A DNA stretch of 64,000 nt, taken from the NCBI GenBank assembly GCA_040767965.1, contig JAXGNR010000004.1, positions 704,001 through 768,000 of the forward strand. Direction: 5' to 3'. The stretch is from Atribacterota bacterium (lineage in GTDB: Bacteria; Atribacterota; Phoenicimicrobiia; Phoenicimicrobiales; Stramentimicrobiaceae). The stretch's first letter is position 1. Each line of letters begins with the position of its first letter. Under the pieces are notes generated by a model, which saw nothing but the letters and a program-made list of their open reading frames with translations, did no database searches and was not told the DNA's origin. This document shows positions 55,418-63,086 of the stretch, piece by piece. A program made the translations under genes and the position numbers.

Positions 55418-55554
55418 AAATGCTCCTTTAATTAGAATATTTTTGACAGTGATTAATGTTTATATAAGCTGATTTCAGTGAATAATGATATATATTATTT
55501 AAAATTATTTTATCAATAGGGATTATATTATCTGATAAATTATATATTATTCTC

Positions 55555-55583
55555 ATTTTAGCAAGTGACAACTAAATTGACAA
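55555..55583 (-). promoter_or_regulatory. Putative promoter of lactonase-SDR-dhaK-dhaL operon
   Basis: TTGTCA-17 nt-TAAAAT with TGn extended -10. Confidence 0.6.
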
Positions 55584-55634
55584 CAAAAGAACAGATTTTT
55601 ACAGTTAATAATTTTTTGAATAGTAAAGTAATTT

Positions 55635-57317
55635 TTATTTTTTTGTTTTTTTTATTAACTCTTCTGCTATTTTATTTCCATTAAAAAAGAAATATGGAAA
55701 TTTTCTGAATTGAGAAACTTTATCATTTTCAATAAATTTTTTACTATCTTCAATTTTTCCCGATATGTATTTTTCATAATCTGACAGGATTTCTGTTATA
55801 TTTTTGTTTATTTTATTAATTTTTTTAGAAACAAGATACTTCTGGTTACTTGGAGTGTTTTGGATTATTTTTATTAGATCATGTTTTTCCTTAATTAATT
55901 TGTTTATCATCTGATTCTTTTCTTCTGGAAGATTAGCTTCATCGATTATCTTTTCCGGATTATATTGTATTGTCCTTTTTTTCTTTTCTAAAACAGAAAT
56001 AGCTTCTATTGTTGTTGTTTTAACAGGCAAATCAAGTAAAAATGTAGCGGAAATAGTCAAAAACCTGGGAGGGATTATTTTAAAATATTTTTGCATTATA
56101 TCATCTGTAATACAGTCATATTTTGATCCTCCGATACCATGAATAAAAAGATCTGCTCCAAAAAGACGGTTAAATAAAGTTAAAATAATTGCTCTTGGGT
56201 ATAGGATGTAATTATTTTCTTGAATGTGTTTCTTGAATTTTGTAAAAACTGTATCTTCTTTTCCATTTATTATAGAAAACAAGGCAATGTTATCACCATA
56301 AATATCTTCAATAAATATTGACCCATTTTGTTTTTTGATAAATATCTTTTTTCTTTCCGAACGTTCGCCTCTTTTCCATATCCAAAATGGTGTTTCTATT
56401 CTATTGTTATCTGTGGAAAGATCTGGTAAAGGGTTGGCTGCATTTTTAATCTTGTGAGCTAGTCTATATTCATGAAGGCTTTTATTATAGATATATGAGA
56501 AATTTTCTATATTAAAAACTATTTCTAAAAAGAATAAAAGTAAAGAGTCATGATTTGAAATAAAAGAGTATGGTAAATCATAATACTGGGGATTTATAGT
56601 GCTTTCATAAAGTCTCCTGCAGGTTGTCATAAATATACCTAACTGATTCATTGCAGGAGTTGATTTGCATATTTTGTAAGCATTTTTAAAACAATTTGAA
56701 AATACATTATAGTTTTGATAAGTATTATCTGGCAGAAACTGAATACTTTTATTAATTTTTTTTAAAACATTTAATAGCATTTCTTTTGATGGTATTTGTA
56801 ATTCCTGTAAAGGAATTTCATTATTATTGATACTTAAAATATGTTTTCTTAAAGAAATATCACTGGAGTTTTTTTGTATATTATTATCAATTTCAGTATT
56901 AATAGCTGGATAGTATATTGAAACAGGATTAACAACATCATTATCTAAGTTTAAGTTTATCCCAAAAATATTTTTTGAGCTATTTTCTTTTATTATTTGA
57001 TTTAAGAGAATATTTTTTATCCATACTCCGGGATGATAAAATTCAGGCTGATGCCCTGTCATTATTATACAATCAACAGATTTTTCAGAAAAAGGGAGCC
57101 TTGAAGGAGTAATTATATCTGTGAAAGATAATGTTTTTTTTATCAAATCAATACGATATCTATTTCTAAGGCTATTAAAACTCTTATGAAATATTTTTAT
57201 GTTGTTATTATTTAATATTCTCATATTTTCTTCAATAATTTTAGAGATACAAGAATAATCAGGATGAAGTATTATTTCTTTGTTTTTAATAGGTACTTTC
57301 AGAGATCTGCTTTTCAT
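55635..57317 (-). CDS. Uncharacterised 560-aa protein, distant BshC-like putative amino-acid ligase
   Basis: IMTGHQPEFYHPGVWIK, LFIHGIGGSKY, C-terminal coiled coil and QFRKFPYFF resemble in order BshC GQQ..F.GP.Y..YK, GGPGE.AY, coiled coil and QER motifs (by recall); directly follows a BshB1-like gene. Confidence 0.55.
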   Translation of the reverse strand: MKSRSLKVPIKNKEIILHPDYSCISKIIEENMRILNNNNIKIFHKSFNSLRNRYRIDLIKKTLSFTDIITPSRLPFSEKSVDCIIMTGHQPEFYHPGVWIKNILLNQIIKENSSKNIFGINLNLDNDVVNPVSIYYPAINTEIDNNIQKNSSDISLRKHILSINNNEIPLQELQIPSKEMLLNVLKKINKSIQFLPDNTYQNYNVFSNCFKNAYKICKSTPAMNQLGIFMTTCRRLYESTINPQYYDLPYSFISNHDSLLLFFLEIVFNIENFSYIYNKSLHEYRLAHKIKNAANPLPDLSTDNNRIETPFWIWKRGERSERKKIFIKKQNGSIFIEDIYGDNIALFSIINGKEDTVFTKFKKHIQENNYILYPRAIILTLFNRLFGADLFIHGIGGSKYDCITDDIMQKYFKIIPPRFLTISATFLLDLPVKTTTIEAISVLEKKKRTIQYNPEKIIDEANLPEEKNQMINKLIKEKHDLIKIIQNTPSNQKYLVSKKINKINKNITEILSDYEKYISGKIEDSKKFIENDKVSQFRKFPYFFFNGNKIAEELIKKTKK

Positions 57318-58007
57318 TTATACTAAGTCCTGAATATTTTTTATTCCAACACATTCCTTTGATATAAAGGCTTCTCCATATTCCCTGCCTATTAATCCAC
57401 CCCAATAAGAATTTTTTCTTTTTACCCAGGCAATACCAGCATGTTGGTTTAAGCTTGATCCAAATTGAGATTCATAACATTCTAAAGCAGTTAATTTCTT
57501 CTCCATTTCATCAGATATGTTATATATAAAATTAGGTGAAATATTTAATCTGATATGAGAGACTAAATAATAATATATTTTAGGTACGTAATAAGGATCT
57601 CCTTCCATATTTGTTTTTGTAAGTTTACCGTAAAACCTGGCAGCATCGCATAATTTAGAAGCTGCAATATGGTCTGGATGGGCATCAATCCAATAAGGAG
57701 CAAATATGATTTCTGGTCTATTTATTCTAAATTGTTCTGCTAATTTTTGACGAGAAGGAATATCGTCTGTTAAATATCGATTTTTTAAAGTAATATTAAT
57801 TCTATTTTTTACTCCAAGTATTTGTTTTGCTTTTTCAGATTCATTTTTTCTTTTTTCAACAGTTCCACGCGGAGTTGGTTCTCCATCTGTTAAATCCAGA
57901 ATTGTTACATCTATATTTTGTTTTACCATTGATATTATTGTTCCACCCATTCCTATTTCCACATCATCAGGATGAGCTCCTATAGCCATTGCTTTCAATA
58001 CAATCAA
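57318..58007 (-). CDS. PIG-L family N-acetylglucosaminyl deacetylase, BshB1-like
   Basis: GAHPDDVEIGMGG, DLTDGE...RG, R..E, DAHPDH, YESQF, YGEAF. Confidence 0.9.
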   Translation of the reverse strand: MIVLKAMAIGAHPDDVEIGMGGTIISMVKQNIDVTILDLTDGEPTPRGTVEKRKNESEKAKQILGVKNRINITLKNRYLTDDIPSRQKLAEQFRINRPEIIFAPYWIDAHPDHIAASKLCDAARFYGKLTKTNMEGDPYYVPKIYYYLVSHIRLNISPNFIYNISDEMEKKLTALECYESQFGSSLNQHAGIAWVKRKNSYWGGLIGREYGEAFISKECVGIKNIQDLV

Positions 58008-58720
58008 TCTCCTTTCGGATTATTTTTATATAATATGAAAACCTTTTCAAGGTATTATTCAGGATAACTCCAAATGTTCGTTTCTCATCTGTATAAATTA
58101 GCTCAATTGGCATTTCCTTAAGAATTAATTTTTGTTTATGTGCCTGTAAAATAAGTTGCAGCGGTAAACCAAAACCTTTTTCTGTTAATTTTAATTTTTT
58201 TAACGCCGATACACTATATATTTTAAAACCACAAAAAGAATCAGTTAAATCATAATCGGTAATTGCAGATAGTATTTTTGTTATTCTATGATTAACCTTT
58301 TGTCTGTTTGGAGGAGGTGTTGATAACATCATTTTCGGATCAAGATATCTTGATCCTGATAAAATATCTATATTATTTTTTTTAATCGTATTCACAAAGT
58401 GAGGGATATTTTCCGGCTCATGCTGTCCATCACCGTCAATAGTTATTATATATTTATAATTATTTTTTATTGAAAAATTAAAACCATTAATTAACGTTTT
58501 ACCATAACCTTCATTTGTGTGATGATTTATATAAAATAGGTTACCATTATTCTTTTCAGAAATATTTTTTATTATAGAATCGCTTGAATCTGTTGAACCA
58601 TCATTAATAATAAGAATATCGCTTTTTGAATATTTTCTAATATCATCTATAACTTTTTCAATATTTTTTCTTCGTTATATACCGGATAAATATTAAAATA
58701 TCTTGCTTATGTTTTTTCAT
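57967..58720 (-). CDS. Family 2 glycosyltransferase (DPM1-like), with two apparent 1-nt deletions near the 5' end
   Basis: Manual reading from ATG 58720 with two frame corrections gives ILIFI-PVYNEEK-IEKVIDDI...INDGSTD...NEGYG...IDGDGQHEP, continuing into ORF 57967-58395 (GSRY, TDSFCGFK). Both indels sit in homopolymers (CC near 58682, A6 near 58664-58669), so sequencing error or a recent pseudogene. Confidence 0.8.
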
Positions 58721-58748
58721 TTTTATTTAATTAATTTTTTAAATTTTT

Positions 58749-58787
58749 AATAAAGGATTATCTTTATTTTAAAGATAATCCTTTATT
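58749..58787. terminator. Intrinsic terminator hairpin after the AOR gene
   Basis: 18-bp perfect inverted repeat aataaaggattatcttta / taaagataatcctttatt. Confidence 0.75.
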
Positions 58788-58841
58788 TTTGTTATATGTT
58801 ATATATTATACTCTATTTAATTTTTTTACATTTAACAATAA

Positions 58842-60718
58842 TCAGCATTCAATCCATTCCAGATCCAGCTCTGCCAGTTTGGCTTTTGGTTGGAACTCCA
58901 TTTTCATCCCAGCCCTGTATGGCATAGTAGGTTTGAAGGGCTCAATTGAATTCTTCTTTATCAATAGCCTTGTCTTTTAAAGGGCCGCTGGTAAAGGCCT
59001 TGAAGATACGATCCGGTAATTTATCATCTTCGGTAAATCCTTCTCTGTTGTTGAAGCAGCGGGCCATGGTGTTAGCCTTTTTCTCCCACTTTAATCAGTT
59101 CAAATAAGCTGGTATTCCAGCCGGTTACTGCTTCTACTAAAGAAACCAGGTTTTTAAGGCTTTGAAAACCTATAGGAACTGAAGTAAAATTACACATTCC
59201 AATACTGTTATATAAATCTAATATTTTCTGAGTTGTAGACAAAAAGCCAATTTTTTTATCACTTAAATCTAATGGTTCAATTGGTTCCAATAAACCCAAA
59301 GCTGAAACCTCTTCAAGAGGAAAACCATAGTCAGTAAACATAACATCGTGTGGTATTTCACAATGATCTGCTCCGGTGGGAGAGATGGCATACGGATTCC
59401 TAAGCCAACTTTTCCTCTTGGTTCATGCATGGGAAATTCCTGTCCCTTGACATGCATGGCATACTGTTCTGCCCCTTTTCGAAATTTGTGCAGCTTTGGC
59501 TACGCCTTTGCTATAGGTGGCTCCTATTCCATCTAAGTTGTAGATCTTTTCGATCATCTTTTAACATGGCATCAGCATTGCCGAATTTCAGCTGGATGCC
59601 GTCGGTGTCTTTTTCGGTGATGATGCCTTCTTCGAAGCATTCCATGGCAAAGGCGATGGTGGTGCCGGTGGAGATGGTATCAAGTCCGTATTTGTTGCAC
59701 AGTTCATTACCTTTGGGCAATAGCCTCAAGATCATCTATTCCTAAGAGAGAGCCCAGGAACCGATGGTTTCATATTCAGGTCCTCCGTAATAGGGATCTA
59801 CATCATAGCGGCCTTCCACTTTGACTTCTCTTTGCAGCGGACCGGACAGGCATAGCAGTGGCCGCGCGGACTAAGATGGTCTCAGCCATGGTAGGTCCCG
59901 AGATGGCAGAGGCACCTTCAAACTGGCCTTCCCTGAAGTTGCGGGTAGGCAGGATGCCGGCTGCGTTTAAGGATTCTACTCCTCTGGGCGGTACCGTAAT
60001 CGTGCATGCCCTGGGAGACTTGTTTCCAATTGAGGGGCAAACTCCTTGGTAATCTCTTTGATCTTGGCCTATCATGATAGGGGTTCTTGCCTGAGGGCGT
60101 ACGGCAATGGCCCGCAGTTTCTTGGAGCCCATGACTGCTCCCAGGCCTACTTCAGGCCGTTGTAATGTTTTGATTCATTGCTTATGCAGGCATAGTTGAT
60201 CAGCTTTTCTCCGGTGGCCGCGATCTGGGCTATTCTGATCTTATCATCTCCCAATTCTTCACGGATCATACGCTTCGGCTTCTCCGGTGGTCTTACCGGT
60301 TATGGATGCGGCATCACGTAATTCTATCTTGTCATCCTTGATCCACAGGTAGACGGGCTGGGGGAGAGATGCCTTTGATGATGATGGCATCATAGCCGGC
60401 CCATTTGAACTCAGGGCCCACCAGCCTCCGGCTTCTGCTTCTCCGAAGCCTCCGGTTAAGGGGGATTTGGCTGCTACGGTGTAACGGCTGGCTCCCGGGA
60501 CGGTGGTACCGGTAATGGGACTGCAGGCAAAGACTAAGATGTTCTCAGGGCCTAAGGGACCATGCCCTTGGGCATCTCTGAAAGTGGCAGGGAACTGGCC
60601 ATGCTCTCCCTCCCAGGTACTTGCGGTAGATGAGCTCTGGTAAGACTTCTGTTTTGACTTCACCTTTGGAGAGGTCTACTCTGATGATCTTGCCATTATA
60701 GGGTTTCTTTTCTGACAT
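58842..60718 (-). pseudogene. aor: Aldehyde:ferredoxin oxidoreductase (tungsten AOR family), multiply frameshifted
   Basis: Fragments in order: MSEKKPYNGKIIRVDLS (ATG 60718 after GGAGG), AKSPLTGGFGEAEAGG, GAVMGSKKLRAIAV, LPTRNF, GPEYET, CNKYGLDTISTG, MHVKGQEFPMHEPR, SIGMCNF, AVTGW, ELDLEWIEC-stop; span is about full length. Confidence 0.85.
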
Positions 60719-60831
60719 AATATATGCCTCCTTTTGAAATTTAATTAGAACTAGGGTTTAGGGTAAAAACTATTACTTTAATTATAATTACAAATAGATT
60801 TAATTGCCCTTTTACAATAAAAGGCAAAAAT

Positions 60832-60871
60832 ATTAGAAACATAATAAATAGAAATTTATTATGTTTCTAAT
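60832..60871. terminator. Long hairpin, probable terminator between the micro-ORF and the AOR gene
   Basis: 18-bp perfect inverted repeat attagaaacataataaat / atttattatgtttctaat, followed on the minus strand by ATTTTT. Confidence 0.65.
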
Positions 60872-61006
60872 TAATTTAAAACTATATAAACATTTAGTTA
60901 ATATTATACAAAATCAATAATTTTTTTTCAATTTTTAATTTTTATATACTTTCATTTCTTATTATTTTATTTTTTATAATTTTTCAATATATTTTAAATA
61001 ATAAAA

Positions 61007-61038
61007 AATTACCTGCTGCTAACCTAGCAGACACAATC
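61007..61038 (-). promoter_or_regulatory. Candidate bacterial SECIS-like hairpin downstream of in-frame UGA
   Basis: Minus strand GATTG-TG-(T)-CTGCT-AGGTT-AGCAG-CA-GG-TAATT: bulged U and GGU-containing apical loop about 24 nt after the UGA; could alternatively be a terminator. Confidence 0.45.
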
Positions 61039-61042
61039 TTTA

Positions 61043-61117
61043 TTATGCTCATCCGCATCCAGCTAAAAAAAGAGATAAAGCTACTATTAATGAAATAAAT
61101 ATAAATAATTTTGCCAA
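61043..61117 (-). CDS. Unannotated micro-ORF: lipoprotein signal peptide plus Cys-Gly-(UGA/Sec)-Ala
   Basis: GGAGGTG SD, 7 nt, TTG: MAKLFIFISLIVALSLFLAGCG-TGA-GCA-TAA-TAA; LAGC lipobox. Ends at 61049 if UGA is a stop. Confidence 0.65.
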
Positions 61118-61153
61118 AATATTTCACCTCCATTTTAAATATAATTTATCTTT

Positions 61154-61175
61154 TTATCTGACAATTATCTGACAA
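61154..61175. repeat. Perfect 11-bp tandem repeat TTATCTGACAA x2, putative operator
   Basis: Directly visible; lies between the predicted promoter and the SD of the micro-ORF; each unit is a near-palindrome. Confidence 0.6.
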
Positions 61176-61186
61176 AAGTTTAATAA

Positions 61187-61215
61187 ATTGTATCTTATTA
61201 GCTTTATTAAAACAA
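61187..61215 (-). promoter_or_regulatory. Putative promoter of the micro-ORF
   Basis: TTGTTT-17 nt-TACAAT; AT-rich context lowers specificity. Confidence 0.45.
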
Positions 61216-61271
61216 ATTAATAATTTCAATTATTTAATTAAACTATTGAATTAGGTAAAAAGATTTATATT

Positions 61272-62069
61272 TTAATTCAACAATTTTTCAACAATGTAAG
61301 GATCATTAATGGTAAGACCATCAATCCGCCATTTTATTAATTTTCTTAGAAATGAATCTTCAATATTTTCCCCTACCCCCCAAAGGCGAACTTTAAAGCT
61401 GTTTTCATGAAGCATTTTAATAATTTCTTCATCAGTATTGCATGCTGGAGGGCAGACAACATTCACATTAAACTTAGTTGCATCCTTAATTAGGTTATTG
61501 ATATTGTTATAAATATTGACTGGTGCTCCATCGTTGATCAAAGAAAAATAGTCCTTTTTTGTTGAAAATTCAATTAAAGCAGAGGTTTCTATATTTTTTT
61601 CAATTTTTTTCACTTTTTCTAAAACATCCCAGTAAAAAGCTGAAACATTAACCCTATTTATCATATTTCTTTTCTTTATCATATTAACTGCTTTTTCTGT
61701 TATTTCAGGAAAATAATTACTATCCTTAATTTCAAGAACTAATTTAATATCTTTGTATTTTTCTAACAAATCAAATACTTCTGATAGAGTAGGTATTCTT
61801 TCATCTTTATATTTTGGACCAAACCACAAACCAGCATCTAATTTTTTTAAATCTGTTAAATTAAAATCAGAAACAATGCCTTTACCATTAGTTGTTCTGT
61901 CTATTTTCTTATCATGTATTACCACCAAATGGCCATCTTTTGACAATCTGATATCACATTCTATGTATTTTATTCCCGTATTGATTGCTTTTATAAAAGC
62001 AGCTAATGTATTTTCTGGACAATAAGCTGAAGCTCCTCTATGAGCTATATTCATGAAATCTGCAGGCAT
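61272..62069 (-). CDS. Glycerophosphodiester phosphodiesterase (cytoplasmic)
   Basis: IAHRGAS..PENT, IECDI, VVIHD...RTT, IPTL, EIK. Confidence 0.93.
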   Translation of the reverse strand: MPADFMNIAHRGASAYCPENTLAAFIKAINTGIKYIECDIRLSKDGHLVVIHDKKIDRTTNGKGIVSDFNLTDLKKLDAGLWFGPKYKDERIPTLSEVFDLLEKYKDIKLVLEIKDSNYFPEITEKAVNMIKKRNMINRVNVSAFYWDVLEKVKKIEKNIETSALIEFSTKKDYFSLINDGAPVNIYNNINNLIKDATKFNVNVVCPPACNTDEEIIKMLHENSFKVRLWGVGENIEDSFLRKLIKWRIDGLTINDPYIVEKLLN

Positions 62070-62117
62070 TTTTAACTCCCTTTCTTCTACTCATTATTAA
62101 ATATTATCTGTTTTAGC

Positions 62118-63026
62118 TTATTTTTCTGGTTTAAGATATTTTTTTTCTATTTTTGCTATATAAGTGTAAAGAGGGTCAACAAATTGAGTACATCTGGCTT
62201 GCATTACTTGTCCTAACAAAAGAAATGCTTCAGTATCAGTAAAACCAAAGCTGCCAACCATCCAGTTAATTAATTCCTGCACTGCTATTCGAAAAGCATC
62301 TTCGGCTGGTCTTGCACATCCTATACTTATAATAGATTCAGGAGTTTCTATTCTTGGCCAAATCATCTCCTGAGGTTTTGGAATTAAATCAACCTGGATT
62401 GTCAAAATAGATCTGGTTTCTATTCCACCAGCACAGCATATCTCACCATCTCCCATGATAGCATGCACATCACCAACATGAAGCAAGGCTCCATCAACAT
62501 AAACTGGTAAAAAAATAGTATTTCCTATTGTGACTTCTTGTATATCAAGATTTCCTCCATATTTCCCATTATCGCTATTTGGATATGACCCAATATCCGG
62601 AGCAGTGCCAACAAAACCAATCATTGGCTGTATTGGTATCTTAAGATTTTTACTCCAATAAACATGATCATTTTCAATTTTAACAGTTTTAGAAATAACT
62701 CCTCCCCAGTCTTTTTTTCTGATCCAGTCCGGGAAGGGTGTACATCTGGGAATAAGTGCAGTATAACCAATATTTGATAATTCAATATTTTTTATCTTTA
62801 TAGCTAAAACATCTTTGGCAGTTGCTTCTTCAATATAAATACATCCGCTGGTTGGATTTCTCCATGTTGCCTTTTCTGGTGACCATTGATCATTTTCATT
62901 TTGCAGCCAATCACCTGTATTCAACTCAGTTTCTATTTGAAATACCTCTCCAGGTTTTATCCTTAGTGTAACAGGATTAAATCTGCTTATTTCATTATAC
63001 AAAATATCTCGTGTAGCTATTTTCAT
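62118..63026 (-). CDS. Acetamidase/formamidase family protein
   Basis: NPTSG.IYIE.A, PMIG.VG.AP, GGNLD, GDVHAIMGDGE..GIE. Confidence 0.9.
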   Translation of the reverse strand: MKIATRDILYNEISRFNPVTLRIKPGEVFQIETELNTGDWLQNENDQWSPEKATWRNPTSGCIYIEEATAKDVLAIKIKNIELSNIGYTALIPRCTPFPDWIRKKDWGGVISKTVKIENDHVYWSKNLKIPIQPMIGFVGTAPDIGSYPNSDNGKYGGNLDIQEVTIGNTIFLPVYVDGALLHVGDVHAIMGDGEICCAGGIETRSILTIQVDLIPKPQEMIWPRIETPESIISIGCARPAEDAFRIAVQELINWMVGSFGFTDTEAFLLLGQVMQARCTQFVDPLYTYIAKIEKKYLKPEK

Positions 63027-63086
63027 TTCATCCCTCTTTTACTATATTTTAAATATCAAAAGTATTATTTTAAAAATTAGATGTTT

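Noticed and set aside
25642-60871. Long perfect inverted repeats as MITE/REP elements
   Set aside because: Each has a different sequence and sits just after a gene end, consistent with intrinsic terminators
60720-60900. Possible Moco/Wco riboswitch upstream of the tungsten AOR gene (two hairpins present)
   Set aside because: I could not find the conserved GC-rich multi-stem core; the hairpins look like a terminator and a simple inverted repeat
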